From the NCBI GenBank assembly GCA_964476125.1, contig CAYZAE010000012.1:996-64995 (forward strand): 64,000 bases of DNA, read 5' to 3'. Positions within the stretch are counted from its first letter, which is position 1, and every line of letters begins with the position of its first letter. Shown here in pieces: positions 32,801-40,119 of this stretch. The position numbers and the translations under genes were made by a program. The notes under the pieces were generated by a model. That model saw nothing but the letters and a program-made list of their open reading frames with translations, had not been told where the DNA came from and searched no databases. This stretch comes from an uncultured Verrucomicrobiota bacterium (GTDB lineage: Bacteria; Verrucomicrobiota; Verrucomicrobiia; Limisphaerales; CAIMTB01).

Positions 32801-33037
32801 GGGCTGGCCCTGCGCAACCGCGGATTCAACGGCTTTCCAGTCGGCGTCCCGCGGGCTGGCGGCCGAGGCGGAGGGGATCCTGGACAGGGTCATGGTGAGC
32901 ATCAGGGCCAGGAGAGAGCCCCACAGAAGGCCTGGCGCCCTTCTTGTTTCCGTGGCCACTTCCGGCAGGCGAGGCCTTGCGGGCATCTGGGGAGGAAGGG
33001 GGACCCGTGCGGTGGAGCGGAAAGAGAAACGTTTCAT
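26816..33037 (-). CDS. Alpha-2-macroglobulin family protein (2073 aa) with CxEQ thioester motif
   Basis: Start MKRFSFRS... with signal peptide LLALMLTMTLSRIPSASA, inside the 2545-aa ORF. Thioester region LPYLMEYPHECSEQIFNRYYAN. Large beta-sandwich MG-domain-type sequence throughout. Confidence 0.9.
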   Translation of the reverse strand: MKRFSFRSTARVPLPPQMPARPRLPEVATETRRAPGLLWGSLLALMLTMTLSRIPSASAASPRDADWKAVESAVAQGQPRTAADRLKPIAEAALRERAWGEAAKAIARGIALETQIQGQRPEERVTRLADALRTAPEPLQPVFHALLGRAYWNYFQQNNWRIRQRTATTPAAAGEDFKTWDLKRLFAEIDRQFSLALAQPGPLQRTPIADFDALLERGTAPDNQRPTLFDFLTHEAIGFYASGEQAGARPEDAFVPTAASPILGTPEEFLAWKPATTTTDTNAVALKAIGLFQSLLRFHQADTDRSAWLDADLERIRFAGNVATGPDKDDRHIAALKDFVERAAGNNLAAFGHHEWAQILHRQEKFTEAHRVASQGAQTFPGSAGASWCRNLIDQIQAPSASLLSEKVWSNPRPDIQVRYRNLTHVWFRAVAVNWEDFLDRRRPRPENLNPQQRREYLNRPVALAWDAELPPTTDYREWRHDLPAPDGLAPGYYLIFASHRADFSDDNNALHSFPVWVSDLALVVRPRAGNLEGFVLDARSGEPVSGATLRAWYLGTNGERVGIDPQTTDELGFFAFRERRSDRGYLIEARKGDQRVSLEQDVYWPRPQPNPNRWQETLLFTDRALYRPGQSVQYKGISIRHDRANTNYQVMADRSVTVIFRDPNGKEIARQQHRANNYGSFAGTFTAPRDRLNGSMSLVVEGDAPGAIGVSVEEYKRPKFHADLDTPKAAPRLGEAVQLTGRALAYTGAAVDGAQVKWRVTRQVRFPPWWGWFRHGGPMGQGSQEIAHGTAVAGTDGSFTIEFKATPDASVAESDQPIFLFSVHADVTDAAGETRSAQRSVQIGYTALEVEMTAADWQVRDRAVEIRIATQSLDDAPQAAEGTVRIHRVARPPKAPRSGPRSGQVEMDEQTDPNDPNRWPLGEKVTEMAFRTEATGATTNRFELAPGLYRAVLETRDRFGKTVKSMLGIRVLDPAAPRLGLDLPQLVAAPAWEIEPGKEFEALWGTGFETGRAFVEFEHRDRMVERFWTPAGRTQQSLRLAVTEAMRGGFTLHVTQVRNNQGYLESRPITVPWSNKELDLTWETFRSRLEPGSPETWTAVIKPRKGQGAVLPAELVATLYDASLDQFRPHRWAERFHFWPIYSSSAHSLFANGLRGFLMMSSTWPAPAETQGVSHRRFPDALTGGGVMRFAMSPQLMSRRGTLRGIGGPEMVADSFAFSLADGPVAAMAAAPASAKALNYDNDGELSMLRAKGAAAGGRGRANAAGAEGAEGPGPDPSKVTARQNLQETAFFLPQLTSDSNGVVRLSFTLPEALTEWRFLGFAHDRELRSGLLTGTTVTAKDLMVQPNPPRFLREGDELEFTVKVSNQSTNPQTGRIRLDLTFAQDGQSADQDLGNRQPEQGFQIPAKESRTLSWRLRVPDGCGFLRFKAVAATDRLSDGEEGYLPVLSRRIHLTESLPLPIRGPATRKFTFTALKESGRSRTLRHDGITVQMVSQPAWYAVLALPYLMEYPHECSEQIFNRYYANALARHIATSDPKIRSILDQWRATPALDSPLEKNADLKSIALEETPWLRDANQESESRRRVGLLFEDARLESELQQTLQKLAERQLPEGGWSWFPGGPRDEYITLYIVAGFGRLRDLGAKAEVQPALASLNALDGWMNDRYQALREKNLLEKENLDATVALYLYARTLFLTDNPVAEPHAGAFDYWIGQARQHWLKVGRQSQAHIALAIAKLGNRAPASAASLPQTIVKSLLEHSVVNEELGRFWRDEEFSWSWHRAPIETQALMIEALSKITHDTQAVDDCQVWLLKQKQTQAWKSTKATADAVYALLLGGRNLLGSDALVEVELGGKSITPGKASPKSDRLSADARTQTPGPAVEAGTGFYQVRIPGAEVSSKQADIVVRKTDTGVSWGSVHWQYFEDLDRVKPFAGTPLKLTKSAFVRESTKAGQRLVPVKGAVKVGDELVIRIELRVDRDLEYVHLKDQRGSGTEPVNVLSGYRFQDGLGYYESTRDTASHFFIGYLAKGTYVFEYPVRVQHRGAYTTGVASVQCLYAPEFNSHSGSVPLSVK

Positions 33038-33110
33038 GGCAAAGCCGGCTACCCCATTAGACCCTATTGGGAGGGATTTCTTAGCAAAATCTTGGGGTGC
33101 GGTTTTTTGG

Positions 33111-33224
33111 GGGGAGGGGAGTGGGGGAGGGGAGTGGAGGGAGAGATTAAGATTAAGAATAAGATTAAGAATAAGAGTGTTGGTCGAACGGTTCGGACCA
33201 CGCACGACCCACGACCCACGACCC
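33111..33224. repeat. Composite microsatellite block: G-rich 13-mer x2, AT-rich (ATTAAGA/ATAAGA)n tract, CACGACC x3
   Basis: GGGGAGGGGAGTG x2, then AGATTAAGATTAAGAATAAGATTAAGAATAAGAG, then CACGACCCACGACCCACGACCCAC. Located in the divergent A2M/EamA intergenic region. Confidence 0.8.
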
Positions 33225-33319
33225 ACTCCAACGCAGCCCCGCTTTGCACTGGCTGGGGGGAGGGGGCTTCGGGATAGTCCCCGGGCGGAGCGCGCTTCAG
33301 GGCGGGGGTTGGAACGGTC

Positions 33320-34345
33320 GTGGAAATCGGCACGATGGAGTGTCTGGCGCCTGGCGGAATCCGTTCCAATCCATTCATGTTCGCCGCTTTTCTTACCACG
33401 CTGCTGTTTTCGATCTCCGGCGTGACGGCGAAGCGTTCGACCCGTTATCTGCCGAGCCTGGAGGCCAATTTCTGGCGGCTCCTGCTGGCCACCGGGATGC
33501 TGGCGCTCTACGGCCACACGCTGGGGGCGGGTTTGGGCGGGCCTGCGTTTGGCTGGTTCCTCCTCAGCGGGTTCGTTGGCTTCGGCGTGGGCGACATCGC
33601 CCTGTATCTGGCGTATCCCCATCTCGGTTCCCGGCTGGTCATTCTGATTGTTCACTGCGTGGCGTCGCCCTTGGCGGCGGCGATCGAGTGGACGTGGATG
33701 GGGGTTCCCATGACCGGACGCGAGATGGTGGCCGGCTTCCTGATTCTGTCGGGCGTCGCGCTGGCGCTGGCTCCGGCTTCGGGAGCCGGGCTGGCTCTGG
33801 GGGGGCTTGCCGCGAAACTCTCCAGCGGCCGCGGACGCAGCATCGGGTTCGCCCTGATCGCGGCGGCGGGACAGGGGATTGGCGCGGTTCTGAGCCGCCG
33901 GGCTTTTGAAGTCACCCGGTTGGCGGGGCATCCCGTGGATGGCATTTCCGCGGCCTACCAGCGGATCCTGGCGGGCGTGGTGGTGAGCGCGATCTCGCTG
34001 CTTTGGCTGCGTCGGTGGGGTGCCCCGGGCAACGTCGTTCCGGCCGGGAAGAAGGACGGGAATGCTCCAGCCGGCGAGCCGGTGAAGTCGGGGATGGCCA
34101 AGGCGTTTCCCTGGCTGGTGATCAATGCCCTGGCCGGCCCGGCGTTGGGGGTGAGCTGTTTTCAGTGGGCCCTGGCGGAGCGGGGGACGGGCGTGGTGCT
34201 GCCGATCGTGGCCCTGACGCCGCTGACGATCATTCCGCTCTCGGTGTGGCTGGAGGGCGAACGCCCGAATCGCCGCTCCCTGGCGGGCGCGGTGGTGGCG
34301 GTGGCGGGTGCCGTGTTGCACGCGGTGAGCCACGTCAGGCCGTGA
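33320..34345 (+). CDS. EamA/DMT superfamily transporter
   Basis: About 10 hydrophobic helices with the duplicated EamA pattern. The start may be the internal MFAAFLTTLLF (33377). Divergent from the A2M gene. Confidence 0.8.
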   Translation: MEIGTMECLAPGGIRSNPFMFAAFLTTLLFSISGVTAKRSTRYLPSLEANFWRLLLATGMLALYGHTLGAGLGGPAFGWFLLSGFVGFGVGDIALYLAYPHLGSRLVILIVHCVASPLAAAIEWTWMGVPMTGREMVAGFLILSGVALALAPASGAGLALGGLAAKLSSGRGRSIGFALIAAAGQGIGAVLSRRAFEVTRLAGHPVDGISAAYQRILAGVVVSAISLLWLRRWGAPGNVVPAGKKDGNAPAGEPVKSGMAKAFPWLVINALAGPALGVSCFQWALAERGTGVVLPIVALTPLTIIPLSVWLEGERPNRRSLAGAVVAVAGAVLHAVSHVRP

Positions 34346-34387
34346 CCAAGCCTCCTCGGTGCGGGGGCCAATTCCCCGGATAAGAAA

Positions 34388-34507
34388 CCACGAAGGCACG
34401 AAGGCACGAGGGCACGAAGGAAGGATTTTCGGAAACAACCAGAACAGACGCACGGGGAGCGCATCTCGGAACTCTCCAGCCCCGCATTCCCTTCGTGCCT
34501 TCGTGGT
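34388..34507. repeat. Inverted octamer-repeat hairpin element (GCACGAAG units), downstream of the EamA gene
   Basis: GATAAGAAAC-CACGAAGGCACGAAGGCACGAGGGCACGAAGG ... CCCTTCGTGCCTTCGTGG. Four direct octamers on the left and two inverted on the right. Confidence 0.7.
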
Positions 34508-34611
34508 GCCAACTGCATTTCCTTCGATCCGGGACGCGGGGATCGGTGGTCGGCACCGTGCCTTGCCGGACCGCGGAGCCGGGCGTAGCGTGGAATCCAG
34601 GATTACAGCCG

Positions 34612-37600
34612 ATGTTTCGACGACCTTTTCGCGCCATCGCCCAGGGGCTTTTGCTCTGTCTTTGCCACGCCGCGACCGCCGTGGGCCAAGCGCAGCCCGT
34701 CATCAACGAGATCCATTACGATCCCCCGGAGCCGACCGTCCGGGCCGAATTCGTTGAGCTCCATAATCCCACCGCCCAGGCCGTGCGTCTCGATGGCTGG
34801 CGGCTGGCCGGCGGCATCGACTACACGATTCCCGCCAACACCGAGATCCCGGCGGGAGGCTACCTGCTCCTGGCCGAGGATCCCGCCACGGTGCGGAGTC
34901 GATGGAACCTTGCGGCCCTAGGTCCCTGGCAGGGTAAGCTTCGGAATTCCGGGGACACCGTGGAGCTGCGGGATGCCCAGGGTGTGTTGCGGGATCGGGT
35001 GGGCTATGGCGCTGGTTTTCCCTGGCCGACCGTGGGTGTGGCTCCGGGGTATTCCATCGAGCGGTTGAACCCGGGCCTCGATGGCGATCTCGGCGGGCAC
35101 TGGCGCGCCTCGGTGGCGGCCGGACAGAGCCCCACGGGGCGGAACACAGTGATCGAGGCGGGCACCGACTGGCGCTATTTCAGGGGCGACGCCCAGCCCT
35201 CGATCCCGGGGACGGTGTGGCGCGGCGTGAATTTCAACGATGCCGCCTGGGCGACGGGCCGGCTTCCGATCGGGTACGATGCTTCGTTGGGCTTCGGCAC
35301 TCGGTTGGATGACATGCGCGGGGCGTACACTTCTTTTCTTCTGCGGCGGACCTTTGAGCTTGCGGATCCGGCGGGGGTGACGGCCCTGGAGATCAAGGCC
35401 CTGTACGATGACGGGTTCAAACTTTGGATCAATGGTCAGGCGGTGTTGGACGCCACCATGCCGGGGGGCGAGGTGGCGCTGAACGCGGTGGCCGGGGGAA
35501 CCCGGGAATCGAATGAGTACGAGACCTTCGCGGTGAGCGTGCCGCCGGGATTCCTTCGAGTCGGGGCGAACGTGGTGGCGGTGCAGGTGCATAACGTTTC
35601 CCTGGGCAACAGTTCCGACTGCTTTTTCGATGCGCGCATCACGGCGATCCGGGGGCCGACGGGGCAGGGTCCCACGCCGGGTCGGCAGAATATTGTTTTC
35701 ACAACGAACGCTCCGCCGGCCATCCGGCAGGTGGAACATAGCCCGGTGCGACCGCGCTCCGGTCAGTGGGTGACGATCACGGCGAAGGTGACGGATCCGG
35801 ACGGGGTGGGCTCGGTGGTGCTGGGCTATCAGGTGGTCCGACCCGGGGCGTATCTGGCGCTCGAAGATGCGGCGTATGAGACGGCCTGGACTCAACTGCC
35901 GATGCGGGATGATGGCTTGGGTGGCGATGCGGTGGCGCGGGATGGGGTTTTCACGGTGGTGGTTCCGTCGACGGCCCAGGTGCATCGCACCTTGGTGAGG
36001 TATCGGATCACGGCGACCGACGGAGGGGGCCGCGCGGTGCGGGTGCCGTATGCGGATGATCCCCAGCCGAACTTTGCGTATTTCGTGTACGACGGTGTTC
36101 CGGCGTGGACCGGGGCGGTTCGGCCGGGGGCGGCGGGTGCGCTGGGGCAGGTGTTCACGGTCAGTTCGAATGAGATGAACCGGCTGCCGACGCTCCACTT
36201 GTTGGCGAAGCGCGAGGCGGTCGAGCAGTCGACCTGGGGCAGCCGCTATGGCGGGGATGCTTATCTGTGGGCCGGGACGCTGGTCTACGAGGGACGGGTG
36301 TATGACCACATCCGGTACCGGGCGCGGGGCGGGGTGTGGCGCTATGCCATGACCAAGAACATGTGGAAGTTCGACTTCAACCGCGGCCATGACTTCGAGG
36401 CCCGGGACGATTGGGGACGCAAGCTCGAGGTGGGATGGACCAAGCTCAACCTCGGGGCGTCGATCCAGCAGGGCGACTACAACCATCGCGGCGAGCAGGG
36501 CATGTTCGAATCGACGGGATTTCGCATCTTCGAACTCGCAGGCGTGCCGGCCATGCGTTCGGCGTTCGCGCAATTCCGGGTCATCGACGACGCGCCGGAG
36601 GTGGTGTCGGGGAACCAGTACGAGGGTGATTTCTGGGGCGTGTATCTGATGCTCGAACAGCCGGACGGGCGGTTCCTGGATGGCCACGGTTTGCCCGACG
36701 GCAACCTGTACAAGATGGAGGGCGGCACCGGGGAGTTGAACAACGCGGGTCCGCAGGGGCCGCTGGACAAGTCGGATCTCAACGCGTTTCTGGAGACCTA
36801 CACCTCGGCCGATGAAACCTGGTGGCGGGCGAACCTGGATGTCGACCATTACCTGGGATACCAGACGGTGGTTCAGGCCATTCACCACTACGACATCTGC
36901 TACGACAAAAACTTCTTCTATTACCTCAATCCCGAGACCCGGCAGTGGCGGGTGGTGCCATGGGACCTGGACCTCACCTGGGCGGAGAACATGTTCGACC
37001 CGGGTTGCGGTGGCGTGGACCGCATCAAACAGCGGCTGCTGCCCGGGTTCCTGACGTTCCCGGCGGTATGGCGCCAGTGGCAGAACCGGATCCGGGATTT
37101 TCGGGATCTCCTGTGGAACGAGGACGAGGCGGCGCGGCTGATCGATGAACAGGCGGCGCGCCTGCGAGGCCCGGCCAGCGGCCCGACCGTGTTGGATGCC
37201 GACCGGGCCCAGTGGGATTACAACCCCAAGATGGCCGATCCCAACTTCTCCACCGCCTCGCATTCGAAGGCCGGTCAGGGCCGGTTTTACCAGTGGCCGA
37301 ATTATCCGGAGTCCGAGGTCAGCCGCGATTTCGCGGGGTGCGTGAAACTGATGAAACGGTATGTCGGGTTTCGGTCAACGAATGCCGAAGCGCGCGCCCG
37401 GGCCCTCGATCTGCTGGCGGCAGATGCGGCGATCCCGGCGCGGCCGACGCTTACCTACTCGGGGCCGGCGACCTTTCCGGTGAATGCCTTGAAGTTCCGG
37501 TGTTCGAACTACGCCGGGTCCCGGCCGGTGGCGGCGACACGGTGGCGGGTGGGCGAGATCACGCGTCCGGCGGTGGCGGGGCCTGCCTGGGCGGCGGCCG

Positions 37601-39693
37601 AGCCCTGGAAATATGAAATCGCGGATGCCTGGGAGAGCGGTCGTCTGGCGGGGTACGCGCCGACGCTCGACGTTCCGCCGGGCGCGCTTCGTGTGGGGGC
37701 GGTTTACCGGGCCCGAGTCCAGTTCGAGGATGTGGAGGGACGAACCAGCCGGTGGTCGGCGCCCGTGGAATTTGTGGCGGGCGCGCCGGATTCTGCGAGT
37801 TCGCTGGCTTCGAATCTGCGCGTGACCGAGCTCATGTACCACGCGACCGGAGGGTCGACGAACGACTTCATTGAACTGCACAACGCCGGCACGACGCCCC
37901 TCGCGCTGGGGGGCGCGGCGTTCACCCTGGGGATCGAGTACACCTTTCCGGCCGGCACCACGCTTGCCCCGGGCGCGTATCTGGTGCTCACCCGGGCGTC
38001 GGCGGCGGGGAATTATGCGGGCTTCCGGACGCGGTACGGACTCGGAACCAGCGTGGCCGTGTACGGGCCGTACTCAGGGAATTTCAGCGACGCCGGGGAA
38101 ACGGTGGTCTTGCGCGATGCGGTGGGAGGCACCGATCTCATCTCCTTCACCTACGGGGATGGCCGGGGCTGGCCGGTGGCGGCGGATGGCGCCGGCCATT
38201 CGCTGGTGCCGCGTGCCGACTTTGGTTCGGCGGCGAGCGGGGCCTTGGATTTCGGCGGCAACTGGCGGGCCAGCGCGGAGATTCTCGGATCCCCGGGGCG
38301 GGCGGATCCGGAGCCGGACACCTCGATCGTGCTCAACGAATTGGTGGCCCACACCGACTTCCTCTCCGAGTTCGATTCGAACGACTGGGTGGAGCTATAC
38401 CACCGCGGCGCCACGGCGGTCACCCTGGGGGCGGGTTGGTTTCTCAGCGACGATCCCGACAACCTCAAGCGCTGGCAGATCCCCGCGTCGACGGTCCTGC
38501 CGGCGCGAGGCTGGGTGGTGTTCGACGAAGTGACGGGGTTCAACAGTCCGCGGGGGACGGGATTCAGCCTGAATAAGGCGGGCGAGCAGGTTTTCCTGAG
38601 CCACTTTCCAGCCGGTGGACGGGGCCGTGTGGTGGATGCGGTGAGCTTCGAAGCCCAGGAGAACGAGTGGGCCCTGGCGCGGATTCCTGATGGCGGGAAC
38701 TACTGGGATCAGGCCATTCCGCGCACGCCCAAGGCGGCGAATGCCGCCCTGCTGCCCCGGGTGGTGATTTCGGAGGTGCAGTATCACGAGGCCGGATTGC
38801 CGACGAACCGCGTTGCGGCGGAGTTCCTGGAGTTCGTGGAAATCCACAACGCCACGAGCCGCCGGGTGGAGCTGTTCAACACCAATACCGTGTGGCGATT
38901 GACCGGTGGGATTGACTTCAACTTCCCACTGGCGCTTTTCCTCGCCGCCGACGAACGCGTGCTGGTGGTGCCGTTCGATCCGGTGGCCAGTCCCACGACG
39001 CTTGCGGGCTTCCGCGCAACCCACCAGGTGCCCGCCAACGTCCGGATCTTCGGTCCGTACACCGGGCGTCTCAACAATGACGGCGACCGCATCGCGCTCG
39101 AGCTGGCCCAGGCCCCGGACGTCCCGGGGGACCCGATCACCTGGGTGATCGTGGATGAGGTCACTTACTTCGATCGCGACCCGTGGCCGGGCGGTGCCGA
39201 TGGCGTGGGAACGTCGTATCAACGCCGATCGGCGACCGTGCCCGGGAACGATCCGGCGAACTGGTTCGCGGCGGCTCCGACGCCGGGGCGTGCTCCCGCG
39301 GTCGGGGATCCGGACACCGACGCCGATGGGATGCCGGACGCATGGGAGAATCTGCATGGGCTCTCGCCCAAGGATCCTTCGGATGCCGCGTTGGACCTCG
39401 ATTCGGACGGGTTGAGCAATCTCGCGGAGTATCAGGCGGGCACGGATCCGAGGGATCCGGCGAGCGCGTTGAAACTCGTGGCGGTCGCTTCGGCGAACGG
39501 GGTGTCGGTGGACCTCACCTTCACCGCCGTGGCGGGTCGCGGGTATGTCATCGAGGAGAAGGATCTCGGGGTGGGCGGCAGTTGGGCGACCGTGCAGGTG
39601 GTGCCCCAGGGGGCGGCGACGCGCGCGGTGACCGTGTCCATCCCGGTGAACGCGGGAACCGCGGGCCGCTGGCAGCGGGTGCGGTTGTTGTAG
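34612..39693 (+). CDS. Giant secreted protein: lamin-tail domains (x4) flanking a CotH kinase-like domain, C-terminal TSP3-like Ca-binding repeats
   Basis: Start MFRRPFRAIAQGLLLCLCHAATAVGQA. LTD motifs INEIHYDP...EFVELHN, VTELMYH...DFIELHN, LNELVAH...DWVELYH, ISEVQYH...EFVEIHN. CotH core GVYLMLEQPDGRFL...HHYDICYDKNFFYY...VPWDLDLTW. Also DPDTDADGMPDAWE...DLDSDGLSNLAEYQAGTDP. Confidence 0.85.
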   Translation: MFRRPFRAIAQGLLLCLCHAATAVGQAQPVINEIHYDPPEPTVRAEFVELHNPTAQAVRLDGWRLAGGIDYTIPANTEIPAGGYLLLAEDPATVRSRWNLAALGPWQGKLRNSGDTVELRDAQGVLRDRVGYGAGFPWPTVGVAPGYSIERLNPGLDGDLGGHWRASVAAGQSPTGRNTVIEAGTDWRYFRGDAQPSIPGTVWRGVNFNDAAWATGRLPIGYDASLGFGTRLDDMRGAYTSFLLRRTFELADPAGVTALEIKALYDDGFKLWINGQAVLDATMPGGEVALNAVAGGTRESNEYETFAVSVPPGFLRVGANVVAVQVHNVSLGNSSDCFFDARITAIRGPTGQGPTPGRQNIVFTTNAPPAIRQVEHSPVRPRSGQWVTITAKVTDPDGVGSVVLGYQVVRPGAYLALEDAAYETAWTQLPMRDDGLGGDAVARDGVFTVVVPSTAQVHRTLVRYRITATDGGGRAVRVPYADDPQPNFAYFVYDGVPAWTGAVRPGAAGALGQVFTVSSNEMNRLPTLHLLAKREAVEQSTWGSRYGGDAYLWAGTLVYEGRVYDHIRYRARGGVWRYAMTKNMWKFDFNRGHDFEARDDWGRKLEVGWTKLNLGASIQQGDYNHRGEQGMFESTGFRIFELAGVPAMRSAFAQFRVIDDAPEVVSGNQYEGDFWGVYLMLEQPDGRFLDGHGLPDGNLYKMEGGTGELNNAGPQGPLDKSDLNAFLETYTSADETWWRANLDVDHYLGYQTVVQAIHHYDICYDKNFFYYLNPETRQWRVVPWDLDLTWAENMFDPGCGGVDRIKQRLLPGFLTFPAVWRQWQNRIRDFRDLLWNEDEAARLIDEQAARLRGPASGPTVLDADRAQWDYNPKMADPNFSTASHSKAGQGRFYQWPNYPESEVSRDFAGCVKLMKRYVGFRSTNAEARARALDLLAADAAIPARPTLTYSGPATFPVNALKFRCSNYAGSRPVAATRWRVGEITRPAVAGPAWAAAEPWKYEIADAWESGRLAGYAPTLDVPPGALRVGAVYRARVQFEDVEGRTSRWSAPVEFVAGAPDSASSLASNLRVTELMYHATGGSTNDFIELHNAGTTPLALGGAAFTLGIEYTFPAGTTLAPGAYLVLTRASAAGNYAGFRTRYGLGTSVAVYGPYSGNFSDAGETVVLRDAVGGTDLISFTYGDGRGWPVAADGAGHSLVPRADFGSAASGALDFGGNWRASAEILGSPGRADPEPDTSIVLNELVAHTDFLSEFDSNDWVELYHRGATAVTLGAGWFLSDDPDNLKRWQIPASTVLPARGWVVFDEVTGFNSPRGTGFSLNKAGEQVFLSHFPAGGRGRVVDAVSFEAQENEWALARIPDGGNYWDQAIPRTPKAANAALLPRVVISEVQYHEAGLPTNRVAAEFLEFVEIHNATSRRVELFNTNTVWRLTGGIDFNFPLALFLAADERVLVVPFDPVASPTTLAGFRATHQVPANVRIFGPYTGRLNNDGDRIALELAQAPDVPGDPITWVIVDEVTYFDRDPWPGGADGVGTSYQRRSATVPGNDPANWFAAAPTPGRAPAVGDPDTDADGMPDAWENLHGLSPKDPSDAALDLDSDGLSNLAEYQAGTDPRDPASALKLVAVASANGVSVDLTFTAVAGRGYVIEEKDLGVGGSWATVQVVPQGAATRAVTVSIPVNAGTAGRWQRVRLL

Positions 39694-39716
39694 GGCGCTG
39701 GAGAATCCATCCGGCC

Positions 39717-40058
39717 ATGCATGAAGTGGGGATCGCCGAGGAGTTGTTGCGGAGCGCCGAGGAATCCGCGCTCCGGGCCGGGTGCCGGACTCTGCGCCGG
39801 ATCGAGGTGCGGGTCGGGATGTTCAGCAGTGTCGAACCGGAGGCGTTGACCTTTGCGTTCGAGGCCCTGAAACCGGGGACCCGGGCGGCGGCGGCAGAGT
39901 TGGTCATTGAACGGGTCCAACCGCGTGCGCGTTGCGGGGCTTGTCGGCGTGAGTTCGTGCCCGCGGCGGTGGTGGTTCTCTGTCCGGGGTGCGGTCAGCC
40001 CGGGGCGGAGGTCACGGGAGGATTCGAACTCGACCTGATGCGAATCGAAGCTGAATAG
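39717..40058 (+). CDS. hypA: Hydrogenase nickel-incorporation/maturation factor HypA
   Basis: 113 aa. Begins MHEVGIAEELL and has a zinc ribbon CGACRREF...CPGCG. The length is typical of HypA/HybF. Confidence 0.85.
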   Translation: MHEVGIAEELLRSAEESALRAGCRTLRRIEVRVGMFSSVEPEALTFAFEALKPGTRAAAAELVIERVQPRARCGACRREFVPAAVVVLCPGCGQPGAEVTGGFELDLMRIEAE

Positions 40059-40119
40059 GTAGCGCGGCCGCTCCGCGCGGCTCTTGTTCGGTCGGGTCCT
40101 GTTCTGCGAATCTGCGGGC

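Noticed and set aside
33038-34453. N-terminal 472 aa of the 2545-aa ORF 26816..34453
   Set aside because: This part crosses the repeat-filled intergenic region and runs antisense to the EamA gene. A proper start with a signal peptide (MKRFSFRS...) exists at 33037.
34918-37263. 781-aa minus-strand ORF
   Set aside because: Antisense to the LTD-CotH giant, whose domains are clearly recognisable. Arg/Pro/His-rich artefact.
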